Source: an uncultured Solirubrobacteraceae bacterium (GTDB lineage: Bacteria; Actinomycetota; Thermoleophilia; Solirubrobacterales; Solirubrobacteraceae). From it: a DNA stretch of 64,000 nt. Of this stretch, positions 28,305 through 37,270 are shown piece after piece. The translations under genes were made by a program, and so were the position numbers. The notes under the pieces were generated by a model. That model did not search any database. It was not told the origin of the DNA and saw only the letters and a program-made list of their open reading frames with translations. The stretch spans positions 68,509 to 132,508 of the forward strand of contig CAZPQW010000008.1 in assembly GCA_964588985.1 (NCBI GenBank), read 5' to 3'. The stretch's first letter is position 1. Every line of letters starts with the position of its first letter.

Positions 28305-29125
28305 TGCGCTGCCTGTACCTGGACCTCGACGGCACGCTGCTCGGGCGCGGCGCGTCGCTGATGCACGACGGCGAGGGGGAGGTCACGATCGACGGGGTGC
28401 GCGCGGTGCAGGCTTGCCTGCGCGCGGGCGTGGAGGTCGTGCTGATGTCGGGCCGCCGCCGTGTGCAGGTGTTCGAGGACGCGCGTCTGCTCGGGCAGAG
28501 CTCGTTCATCTACGAGGCTGGCGCGTGCGTCGTGCTGGAGGGCGAGGAGCACTGGCTCACCGGCGATCTGCTTCCGGGCGAGCTGAGCATCGCCGATCAG
28601 ATCGAGCAGGCGGGCGCTCCGGCGCTGCTGCTCGAGCACTACGCCGGGCGCCTCGAGTACCACGAGCCGTGGCACCTGCAGCGTGAGGTCTCGCATCTGT
28701 TCCGTGGCCTCGTCGACGCGCTCGAAGTCGACGAGCTGCTCGCCGAGCGCGGCCACGGGAACCTGCGGCTGGTCGACAACGGCGTCGTCCATCGGCGCTC
28801 GGAGGCGCTCGCCGCGCTGCCGCACGTGCGCGGCTACCACCTCGTTCCCGCGGGAGCGGCGAAGGCGACCGCGGTGGAGTTCCATCGGCGTGCGCGCGGC
28901 TACGCGCGCGAGGAGACCTTCGCGGTGGGCGACTCGCGCGAGGATCTCGCCTGTGCCGCGCAGGTCGAGACGTTCTGGCTCGTCGCCAACGCGGTCGAGC
29001 GCGACCCGTCGATGCGCGAGGCCAGCGGTGCCCATCCGAACGTGAGGGTGGCCGAGGCGGGGCACGGGTCCGGTGTGTACGAGGCGGTGGTCGCGACGTT
29101 GATGGGCGGCGCCTCGACCGCCTGA
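28304..29125 (+). CDS. Cof-type HAD phosphatase, probable glucosyl-3-phosphoglycerate phosphatase
   Basis: YLDLDGTLL, MSGR, K motif, VGDSREDL; translationally coupled to gpgS. Confidence 0.75.
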   Translation: MRCLYLDLDGTLLGRGASLMHDGEGEVTIDGVRAVQACLRAGVEVVLMSGRRRVQVFEDARLLGQSSFIYEAGACVVLEGEEHWLTGDLLPGELSIADQIEQAGAPALLLEHYAGRLEYHEPWHLQREVSHLFRGLVDALEVDELLAERGHGNLRLVDNGVVHRRSEALAALPHVRGYHLVPAGAAKATAVEFHRRARGYAREETFAVGDSREDLACAAQVETFWLVANAVERDPSMREASGAHPNVRVAEAGHGSGVYEAVVATLMGGASTA

Positions 29126-29133
29126 GCGCGGGC

Positions 29134-29340
29134 CTACTTGGCCAGCAGATCGAGCGCCTCGCGGTTGCGCTCGACGGCGCGCTTGAGCCGCGCCTGGAAG
29201 TCCTTGTCGGCGCGTCGCCTGGCGATCCGGTCGTCGATCGCGGCGCGGATGATCTCCGACACGGACGTCTCCTCGACCATCGCCAGCGCGTCGATCGCGC
29301 GAGCCTGATCATCGTCGAGACGGAGGCTGATTGTCTTCAT
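29134..29340 (-). CDS. Ribbon-helix-helix (CopG-like) protein, putative antitoxin
   Basis: KTISLRLDD beta strand, SVSEIIRAAI; GAAGGAG RBS. Confidence 0.8.
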   Translation of the reverse strand: MKTISLRLDDDQARAIDALAMVEETSVSEIIRAAIDDRIARRRADKDFQARLKRAVERNREALDLLAK

Positions 29341-29385
29341 GACTTGGTGCTCCTTCGGCTCGGTTGCACTTCAAATCATGGCACA

Positions 29386-29450
29386 TATCAAGATAGCTAT
29401 CAACCTGTATTAGAACAATCTAGATACCAAGCCATCATGCTAGGATGATG
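29386..29450. promoter_or_regulatory. Cluster of short dyads, putative RHH operator and divergent promoters
   Basis: TATCAAGATA (29386), perfect GATAGCTATC (29392-29401), ATCTAGAT (29418-29425), CATCAT-N6-ATGATG (29433-29450); TAGGAT 8 nt before the Fic ATG. Confidence 0.5.
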
Positions 29451-29454
29451 CCAG

Positions 29455-29835
29455 ATGGTGGGACTCGGAGACTTCCTGCTTGCCGCGGAAGCGGTACTCG
29501 GGATCGACGCCGAGCGAATCGCACGAGCCACGCGTATCCCGCTCGCCGAGTCCGCCTTGGCCGCCCCGTTCGTGAGCTTCGAAGGCAGGGATCTGTATCC
29601 CGACCCGATCGAGCGCGCCGCGATCCTCGCCTCGCGGATCATGCGCAACCACCCGCTCCCCGACGGCAACAGGCGCGTCGCGCTCGTGCTGATGGACATG
29701 TACCTCGACGAGCACGGGCTGCGCCTGAGCGCGACGGCCGAGGACGTCGACCGGACGTTTCGAGCACTCGCCGCCGGCCGCATGCCCGAGGCCGACTTCG
29801 CTCGCTGGGTGGGTGGGTGGGTCGAGCGGGTCTAG
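29455..29835 (+). CDS. Fic/Doc family toxin
   Basis: ESALAAP, LYP....AA, NHPLPDGNRR Fido motif. Confidence 0.85.
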   Translation: MVGLGDFLLAAEAVLGIDAERIARATRIPLAESALAAPFVSFEGRDLYPDPIERAAILASRIMRNHPLPDGNRRVALVLMDMYLDEHGLRLSATAEDVDRTFRALAAGRMPEADFARWVGGWVERV

Positions 29836-30037
29836 TCAAACGCGCCGACGTTAATGGTTACAGCTGCAACCGAACAATAGTCAGGAACACGACAAGCCCC
29901 GTGGTGTCGTTATAGAACGTGTATTTGGGCGAGTTTTCCGGCCTAGCAAACAAAATGCCGCCTGATCAATCAGGTCGCTTTGTTCGCTTCCTTAGCATCC
30001 GCATCATCATGAACAAGACCAGCGCCAATGGGCTCTG

Positions 30038-31909
30038 ATGCAGCCGGCAGCACGCGCGCGAGCGTCAATGCGGGATCCGGTCAGCCTGGCGCTCACGATC
30101 GTGTTCCTATGCATGTCGGCATTCTACCTTTGGAGGACAGCCTGTCGAGCTCCACTTTCGTTGCACAGCTCATCGGTCAGCCAGTACAACGAACTTGCCG
30201 ACGCATTCATCCACCTGCGCCTCTGGATCGCACACTTTTCGGCCGCCCTGCTCGGCCCGGAACCTCTCAACCAGGCACTGAGACCCGCCGTCTTGAACAA
30301 CTACGGTGAGGATTCTCTATACGCCGGCCATGTATATCTCGCGTGGGGTCCCGCACCGGTTGTGGTCCTGCTGGTGCCCTTGCATCTACTCGGCTTCGAG
30401 CCGTCCGCAAGCGTAATAATGGCTCCCTTCGCGATTGTCGGCTTGGGATTCGCGCTGGCCGCCCTTCGCGTAGGCCTGAGGCAGATTGCCGACGTGCCGC
30501 TGTGGATGTGCATCCTGGCTGCGCTGACTCTAGCTTGCGCTTCGGTGGTACCGGACCTCCTGCGAGTGTCTGAGGTGTATCACGAGGCGATCGTTGGAGG
30601 CTATTGCTTCACGATGGCAGGCGTGTGGCTCGCTGTCTCAGCCATAGCTGATCGGCGGGCGTCTCTGACGCGCCTCGGCCTTTTGAGTCTTTGTCTTGGC
30701 CTGGCCGCTGGTTCCAGACCCCCGCTCGCGCTGACGGCTCTCATACTCGTGCCCGTCTTCGTAAGGCTCAAGTCGACCATGTCACGTCGAGACTTGCTCG
30801 TCGCTCTCCTGGCGCCAATCGGTGTTTGCTTTGTGCTTCTTGGCACGTATAACTATGCTCGCTATGGCAATCCGTTGGAAGTCGGAGAGCGGTACGTCAT
30901 AGGCGAGCCTCCCAAAGACTTGGGTGAACTCAGCTACCTGCCGATCGGATTGTGGTCGTATCTCCTGGCTCCACCGCGGCTTAGCGTGCTCTTCCCGTTC
31001 ATCGCGACGATTAACCCTCAGATCAGCTATCCGTTCGTGGTGCCGGCGCACTACGCCGCAGAGGCAACGGGCGGCTTGGTGCCGGTAGCACCGATCGCGA
31101 TCTTCGTCGTAGCGTTGCCGTGGGTCTGGCGATATCGCTCGTCTTCGCTCGGATCGCTTGCCCCGTTCCTGCTGACGATTGTGGGCGTTGGCGTGGCGAT
31201 CCTGTTCTTCTTGGCGTATGCGATCTTCAGCGCCACCGAGCGCTATGAGGCCGACTTCATGTCACTGTTTCTATTCAGTGCACTCCTGGTGTGGCTTTCA
31301 CTGTCAGCACACGCTCGAGGCCCACGCCGGATTTTGTTGCGGGTCGGCGGAGGACTGCTCGCCACGTGGGGTTGCGTGGCGGGGGTCGCCGTCAGCTCCA
31401 GCGGTCTCCAGAATCACCCCGATGCGTGGCGATCGCTGGTAGGCGTTGGCTCGCCGTTGTCAACCGCAATCGCGACGGTCGCGGGGCACCCGATTCTCGC
31501 AGACGTGTATGCGCCATGGATCGTGGGAACTCCTGAAAGATATGGTCTCGCCACCAGCGTATCGACCATCTGGTTGAGCGCCGGTAATGAAGCATTCGTG
31601 ACTATCGTGTCGCCCGATAGCCGTGATGTCACCCTTGAAGCAGACATCAGTCCTGGTCCTGCGCTCAATACCAGCGCACTGCTGGAGGTGCGTATCAGCG
31701 GCCCGGGTTCCAGTCAGCGTGTTCTCCAGCTACCTGGTCTGGGTGGAAACGTGCGGATGGTGACGCATGTTGCCCGCGGCGTGAACAAACTTGTGCTCAG
31801 CCCGATCAGTGTGTCGAAGACTGGAGATGGATCGACCGTACCGGCAATCAGCACCGAACTGGGGTTTCCGCTCATGATCATGACGAACATCCATCTCCTG
31901 GACCGCTGA
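30038..31909 (+). CDS. Polytopic membrane protein with extracellular C-terminal domain, GT-C-like
   Basis: Multi-TM; YN.LADAF, EDSLY, VYHEAI, YNYARYGNPLE, ERYEADF; atypical codon usage. Confidence 0.6.
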   Translation: MQPAARARASMRDPVSLALTIVFLCMSAFYLWRTACRAPLSLHSSSVSQYNELADAFIHLRLWIAHFSAALLGPEPLNQALRPAVLNNYGEDSLYAGHVYLAWGPAPVVVLLVPLHLLGFEPSASVIMAPFAIVGLGFALAALRVGLRQIADVPLWMCILAALTLACASVVPDLLRVSEVYHEAIVGGYCFTMAGVWLAVSAIADRRASLTRLGLLSLCLGLAAGSRPPLALTALILVPVFVRLKSTMSRRDLLVALLAPIGVCFVLLGTYNYARYGNPLEVGERYVIGEPPKDLGELSYLPIGLWSYLLAPPRLSVLFPFIATINPQISYPFVVPAHYAAEATGGLVPVAPIAIFVVALPWVWRYRSSSLGSLAPFLLTIVGVGVAILFFLAYAIFSATERYEADFMSLFLFSALLVWLSLSAHARGPRRILLRVGGGLLATWGCVAGVAVSSSGLQNHPDAWRSLVGVGSPLSTAIATVAGHPILADVYAPWIVGTPERYGLATSVSTIWLSAGNEAFVTIVSPDSRDVTLEADISPGPALNTSALLEVRISGPGSSQRVLQLPGLGGNVRMVTHVARGVNKLVLSPISVSKTGDGSTVPAISTELGFPLMIMTNIHLLDR

Positions 31910-31913
31910 CCGG

Positions 31914-33029
31914 CTACTCCCCCGACAGCCGTCGCCAAGCGCGGCGCCAGAACCCCGGCTGAGGGCGCCTGCGCCACAGCGCCGGTGGGGGGACGGTGGC
32001 GCGCACGAGCGCGACCCAGTCGTCCAGCGGGAGCTCGCCCGAGATCAGACGACCGAGCGCGCCAGTGACCGGCGCGCCCACGCCCGCTGCCTCGAGCGCC
32101 CGCGCGAGCAGCGGCACCGACTCGAGCGCCTCGACCGCCTGCCCGATCTGCGCCGGTATCTCAGCGGCGGGCACACCCGCGGCGAGCAGCTCGCCGGCGC
32201 GACGGTTGCGGCTCTCGCGAGCGAGCGCCGTCGCCACGAGATCGCCCGCGCCGGCCAGGCCGATCATCGACTCCGGCCGCGCCCCCAGCGTCTCCGCATA
32301 GCGCCACACCTCCGCGAAGATGTGCCCCGCGGCCGCTCCCGCCGCGTTCAGCCCCTGCGCCTCGGTCGCGCCCGCCGCGAGCGCGGCGGCGTTCTTGGCG
32401 GCTCCCGCGAGCTCCACGCCGACGGGATCGTCGGACTGCTCGCACACGACACCCGCGCGCGTGAACACCTGCGCGAGCGAGCGAGCGAGGTCCTCCTCGC
32501 TCGACGCGGCCACCAGCCCGGCGCCCGCGTGGACCATCTCCTGCGCGTGCGCCGGACCGCCCACGCACGCAACCCGATCGGGGCCGAAGTGTTTGCTCAA
32601 CACCACCGTCGGTGGCGTCCCCAGCGGCGGGACGAGGCCCTTTGCGACGGACACCACAGCGGTGCGCCTGCCCAGGCCGGACGCGCCGAGACGGTCGATC
32701 ACCTCGCCCAGCCCGCGCGAGGGCACGGCCAGAAACACGTAGTCCGCTCGTGCCACCCCCACCGAGGCCGCCTCGATGCGCAGGTGGGAGGGTAGCTCCA
32801 CCCCGGGCAGGTACGCGCGGTTCTCGCGCTCGCGGTCGATCAGCTCCGCCTGATCGGCAGTGCGCGTCTGCAATGTCGTGCGCAGCCCGCCGCGCGCGAG
32901 CAGCACCGCGAGCGCCGTCCCGAACGACCCCGCGCCGATCACCGTCGCGCGCCTGGCCCCCGGCGTGGGAAGCGAACGGGCGCGCGCGCTACGCCCGGCC
33001 GGGCTGGCGGTAGGCTCGGGCTCGGACAT
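31914..33029 (-). CDS. gpsA: NAD(P)H-dependent glycerol-3-phosphate dehydrogenase
   Basis: GAGSFGTALA, ENRAYLPG, AVPS, AKGL, GVELAGAAKN, GLAGAGDL, SRNRRAG; start uncertain. Confidence 0.9.
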   Translation of the reverse strand: MSEPEPTASPAGRSARARSLPTPGARRATVIGAGSFGTALAVLLARGGLRTTLQTRTADQAELIDRERENRAYLPGVELPSHLRIEAASVGVARADYVFLAVPSRGLGEVIDRLGASGLGRRTAVVSVAKGLVPPLGTPPTVVLSKHFGPDRVACVGGPAHAQEMVHAGAGLVAASSEEDLARSLAQVFTRAGVVCEQSDDPVGVELAGAAKNAAALAAGATEAQGLNAAGAAAGHIFAEVWRYAETLGARPESMIGLAGAGDLVATALARESRNRRAGELLAAGVPAAEIPAQIGQAVEALESVPLLARALEAAGVGAPVTGALGRLISGELPLDDWVALVRATVPPPALWRRRPQPGFWRRAWRRLSGE

Positions 33030-33032
33030 CTG

Positions 33033-34367
33033 ATGAGCGAGCCTAGCGATACCCACGAGCCCGCCGCGCCATGGCGCAACTGGGCCGGCGACGAGCGCTG
33101 CACGCCGGCCGCCGTCCAGCACCCCGGCTCGGTCGAGGAGATCTCCCGCGCGATCGCCCGGGCGGCGGCTGAGGGCCGGCGGGTGCGGGTCGCGGGATCG
33201 GGCCACTCCTTCAGCGACATCGCCTGCACCGACGGGACGATGCTCGCGCTCGACCGCCTCGCCGACGTGCTCGACGTCGACCGCTCCGCGGGCCTCGTGC
33301 GTGTGCAGGCGGGCATCACGATCCGCGAGCTCAGCAGGCGGCTGATCGCGCACGGGCTGGCGCTCGAGAACCTCGGCGACATCGACATCCAGACGATCGC
33401 CGGCGCGATCTCCACCGCCACGCACGGCACCGGCGCGAGCCTGCGCAACCTCTCCTCACAGGTGAGCGAGCTCACAATCGTGCTCGCCGACGGCTCCACG
33501 CTCGTCTGCTCCGAGGAGCGAGACGCCGAGGTCTTCCGCGCCGCGCGAGTCGGCCTCGGCGCGCTCGGCGCGATCGCGGAGGTCACGCTGCGCTGCGTGC
33601 CGGCGTTCACGCTGCGCGGCGTCGACGCCCCGATGGCGCTCGACGAGACGCTCGATCGCTTCGAGGAGCTCGCGCTCGCCAACGACCACTTCGAGTTCCT
33701 CGTCTTCCCCCACGCCGACGCGGCGCTCACGCGCACCAACAACCGCACCGACGAGCCGCCACGCCCGCGCAGCCGCGCGGGCGCGTTCGCGCACGACGTC
33801 GCGCTCAACAACGGCGTGCTCGAACTGCTGTGCCGCGTGGGGCGCCGCATCCCGAGCTGGATCCCGCGGATCAATCGGCTCGCCACCCGGCTCGCCGGCA
33901 GCTCCACGCGCGTGGACCGCTCCGCGGAGATCTTCGCCAGCCCGCGCCTCGTGCGCTTCACCGAGATGGAGTACGCGCTGCCGCGCGCGCGAACCGCCGA
34001 GGCCGTGCGCCGGGTGATGGAGCTGATCGAGCGGCGTCGCTTCGCGGTGCCGTTCCCGATCGAGGCGCGGACGGTCGCGCCCGACGACGCGTTCCTCAGC
34101 ACCGCCGCCGGGCGCGAGAGCGGCTTCGTGGCGGTGCACATGTACAAGGGGATGGAGTGGCGGCCGTACTTCCAGGCCGTCGCGGAGATCATGGACTCGC
34201 TCGACGGCCGTCCCCACTGGGGCAAGCGCCACTTCCACACCGCCGACACGCTGCGGGGGCGCTACCCCGACTGGGCTCGCTTCCAGGCGGTGCGTGCGCG
34301 CCTGGACCCGGACGGGCGCTTCGCCAACGCTTGGACCGATCGCGTGCTCGGACCGGTGAATGGCTGA
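33033..34367 (+). CDS. FAD-linked aldonolactone oxidoreductase (L-gulono/D-arabinono-1,4-lactone oxidase family)
   Basis: WRNWAG, GSGHSFS, GAISTATHGTG, EMEYA, GRPHWGK. Confidence 0.9.
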   Translation: MSEPSDTHEPAAPWRNWAGDERCTPAAVQHPGSVEEISRAIARAAAEGRRVRVAGSGHSFSDIACTDGTMLALDRLADVLDVDRSAGLVRVQAGITIRELSRRLIAHGLALENLGDIDIQTIAGAISTATHGTGASLRNLSSQVSELTIVLADGSTLVCSEERDAEVFRAARVGLGALGAIAEVTLRCVPAFTLRGVDAPMALDETLDRFEELALANDHFEFLVFPHADAALTRTNNRTDEPPRPRSRAGAFAHDVALNNGVLELLCRVGRRIPSWIPRINRLATRLAGSSTRVDRSAEIFASPRLVRFTEMEYALPRARTAEAVRRVMELIERRRFAVPFPIEARTVAPDDAFLSTAAGRESGFVAVHMYKGMEWRPYFQAVAEIMDSLDGRPHWGKRHFHTADTLRGRYPDWARFQAVRARLDPDGRFANAWTDRVLGPVNG

Positions 34368-35559
34368 GGCGCAGTACGAGCGACTGGAGCGCGCGACCGC
34401 CGAGCTGGACGCGCCCTTCGCGCTCGTCGACCTCGACGCGCTGTGGGCCAACGCCGAGGACCTCGAACGCCGCGCAGCCTCCAAGCCGATCCGGTTGGCG
34501 AGCAAGTCGCTGCGCTGCCGGTCACTTCAGGAACACTTGCTCTCGCGCGCCGGCTTCCAGGGGACGCTCGCGTTCACGCTGCCCGAGACCGTGTGGCTCG
34601 CCGCCCATGGCGCGGAGGATCTGCTCGTCGCCTATCCGACCGCCGATCGCGGTGCGCTCGCGAAGCTCGCGGACTGCGGCGCGCGGGTGACGGTGATGGT
34701 CGACGACGTGGAGCAACTCGAGCTGATCGAGCGCGCCGTCCCCGCTGCGGCGCCGGTGCGCGTGTGCATCGACATCGACGCCGGCTGGTGGATCCTCGGC
34801 GGACGGGTGCGCGTGGGCGCGAAGCGCTCGCCGCTGCACACCCCCGCGCAGGTCGCCGCGTTCGCGGGGGAGATCCTCGCTCGCGAGCGCCTGCGGCTCG
34901 TGGGGATCATGGCCTACGAGGCGCAGATCGCGGGCGTCGGAGACTCGCCGGCGGGCAGGCCTTTGCGCGCCCGCGCTATCCGCGCGATGCAGGCGCGCTC
35001 CGGGCCCGAGCTAGCCGGGCGCCGGGCAGAGATGGTGGCGGCGGTCGAGGACCTGCTCCGCGTGCACGGAGCGCCCCCACTGGAGCTCGTCAACGGCGGC
35101 GGCACCGGCAGCCTCGAGGTCACCGCCGCAGGGGCGGACGTGACAGAGGTAACGGCGGGCTCCGGCCTCTACGGGCCGACGCTGTTCGATTCGTATCGCG
35201 CGTTCACGCCCAGGCCGGCGGCGATGTTCGCGCTGCCCGTCGTGCGTCGTCCCGGACGTGGAGTGGTCACAGCGCTCGGCGGCGGCTATCTCGCGTCGGG
35301 CCCCGCGGACGCCGCGCGCCTGCCGCGGCCCTATCTACCGAGCGGCCTGCGGCTCGACCGCCAGGAGGGAGCGGGCGAGGTGCAGACGCCGCTGCTCGGA
35401 GACGCCGCGGACAGAATCGCGATCGGCGAGCGCGTGTACATGCGCCACGCGAAGGCCGGCGAGCTGTGCGAGCGCTTCGCGAGCCTGCACCTGCTCGAAG
35501 GCGATCGCATCGTCGATCAAGTGCCCACCTACCGCGGTGAGGGACAATGCTTCCTGTGA
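34360..35559 (+). CDS. Fold-type III PLP enzyme (amino acid deaminase/aldolase, alanine racemase-like)
   Basis: IRLASKSLRC (PLP Lys), GIMAYEAQ, VNGGGTGS, GAGEVQTP, RHAKAGE. Confidence 0.85.
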   Translation: MAEAQYERLERATAELDAPFALVDLDALWANAEDLERRAASKPIRLASKSLRCRSLQEHLLSRAGFQGTLAFTLPETVWLAAHGAEDLLVAYPTADRGALAKLADCGARVTVMVDDVEQLELIERAVPAAAPVRVCIDIDAGWWILGGRVRVGAKRSPLHTPAQVAAFAGEILARERLRLVGIMAYEAQIAGVGDSPAGRPLRARAIRAMQARSGPELAGRRAEMVAAVEDLLRVHGAPPLELVNGGGTGSLEVTAAGADVTEVTAGSGLYGPTLFDSYRAFTPRPAAMFALPVVRRPGRGVVTALGGGYLASGPADAARLPRPYLPSGLRLDRQEGAGEVQTPLLGDAADRIAIGERVYMRHAKAGELCERFASLHLLEGDRIVDQVPTYRGEGQCFL

Positions 35560-36797
35560 GCACCAATTCCGAGGAGTCGACGCTGGAGGGGGCGCTGCGC
35601 GAAGTGGTGGAGACGCTCGCGCCGATCGACCGCACGCCCTGCTCGCCCGGGGAGCGCGAGGCCGCCGACTGGCTCGCCGCGCGGCTCGAACAGGTCCCGA
35701 GCGTGGAGGTGACACTCGAGGACGAGTCCTCGTGGGGCACGTTCCCGCCGACCGCAACCGCGCTCGGCGTGGCCGGGCTGCTCGCCTCCGCGCTCGTGCT
35801 GCGCGACAGGCGGGTCGCCGGCGCGCTGATCGCCGCGGTGGGGCTGGCCGGGATCGTCGACGAGGCGCAGAACGGGCCGCGGATCCTGCGCCGTCTCGTG
35901 CGTAGGCGCCGCGACACAGTCAACGTGCTCGCCCGTGCGGGTGCATGGGGCGCCGGTGGGCGTGACAACGGCGATGTTGGCGAGAGACGACAGAAGGGCA
36001 CCGTGGTCGTGATCGCCCACCACGACGCGCCACAGACGGGCTTCCTGTTCGACCAGTCGCTCCAGAAGCGCGTTTACGAGCTCGCCCCGTCGCTGCTCGA
36101 AAGGACTAAGACGCCCGCTCCGCAATGGTGGATCGGCCTCGCGGGACCGCTGCTCACGATCGCCGGGGCCGCCACCCGCCGCCGTCGGTTCGCACACGCG
36201 GCGCTCGCGATAGGCGCGTTCGGCACGGCGATCGTCGCCGACGTGTGGCGCAGCCCGACGGTGCAGGGAGCGAACGACAACCTCTCCGGCGTCGCCACGC
36301 TCGTCGCGCTCGCGGAGATGCTCGAGCGCGAGCCGCTCCCAGACCTGCGCGTGCTGCTCGTCTCCTGCGGCGCGGAGGAGACGCTCCAAGACGGCATCCG
36401 CGCATTCGTCGCTCGCCACCGCCACGAGCTCGACCCCGAGCGCACGTGGTTCGTGAACCTCGACACCGTCGGCTCGCCACATCTGGTGATGCTCGAGGCC
36501 GAGGGGCCCGTGTGGATGGAGGAGTACGCCGGGCCTTGGCTGCGCGACCTGTTCGCCGACTGCGCGCAGCGCCTGGAGATCCCTCTGCACCGCGGCTACC
36601 GGGCGCGCGCTTCGACCGACAGCGTGATACCCAGCCGCGCCGGCTACCCCACCGCGACGCTCGTGTCGATGACCGACTGGCGCAGCCCAGCCAACTACCA
36701 CCTGCCGAGCGACGTCCCCGCGAACCTCGACTACGGCACGGTCGCCCAGGCGACGCGGCTGGTCTACGACGCGATGCGGGTGCTCGCCGAGCGCTGA
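35547..36797 (+). CDS. M28 family metallopeptidase with TM segments
   Basis: IAHHD, GANDNLSG, GAEE, NLDTVG, YHLPSD. Confidence 0.82.
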   Translation: MLPVSTNSEESTLEGALREVVETLAPIDRTPCSPGEREAADWLAARLEQVPSVEVTLEDESSWGTFPPTATALGVAGLLASALVLRDRRVAGALIAAVGLAGIVDEAQNGPRILRRLVRRRRDTVNVLARAGAWGAGGRDNGDVGERRQKGTVVVIAHHDAPQTGFLFDQSLQKRVYELAPSLLERTKTPAPQWWIGLAGPLLTIAGAATRRRRFAHAALAIGAFGTAIVADVWRSPTVQGANDNLSGVATLVALAEMLEREPLPDLRVLLVSCGAEETLQDGIRAFVARHRHELDPERTWFVNLDTVGSPHLVMLEAEGPVWMEEYAGPWLRDLFADCAQRLEIPLHRGYRARASTDSVIPSRAGYPTATLVSMTDWRSPANYHLPSDVPANLDYGTVAQATRLVYDAMRVLAER

Positions 36798-36800
36798 AGC

Positions 36801-37241
36801 TCAGACGACGTCGGCGAGCCCGCGCCCCGCGGCCTCCAGAGACCGCGCGCCGCGCGCCTCGAGGATCACCTGCAGATCAAGGATGCGCGTGTCGAAGCTG
36901 TCGAGGCGGTTCTCAGCGGCGACCGCGTACGCGGGCACGCCAGACTGGCGCGCGCGTGTGGCGATCTCGAACGCGAGGCTGCCGGCGAGCGTGCGCTCCT
37001 CCAGATGCGCCGCCGCGATCACGACGGCGCGAGAGCGACGCATGCGCGCGTCGAAGTCGATCCCGTCAAGCAGAGCGCGCACGTCCTCGGTCGCCTCGTC
37101 GGCGGGTGAGAGCGGGCAGAGATCGGGCTCGGGCAGCCCGCCGGCCTGCACGCCGCGGCCGATCGCGGCAGCGACGGCGGACGTGGACAGCCGCGGGCCG
37201 AACGCGGTGCTGGCGATGAGCAGCTGTCTCGGGGGAGTCAT
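36801..37241 (-). CDS. Short glycerate-kinase-like protein (internally deleted)
   Basis: N-terminal LIAS.AF...LS..AVAAAI.RG and C-terminal DFDARM..S.AVV...LEERTLAG....IA.RARQ.GVP.YAV resemble the two ends of class I glycerate kinase. Confidence 0.5.
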   Translation of the reverse strand: MTPPRQLLIASTAFGPRLSTSAVAAAIGRGVQAGGLPEPDLCPLSPADEATEDVRALLDGIDFDARMRRSRAVVIAAAHLEERTLAGSLAFEIATRARQSGVPAYAVAAENRLDSFDTRILDLQVILEARGARSLEAAGRGLADVV

Positions 37242-37270
37242 CGTGGCCACGATCGGGCATCCTTCCAGCA

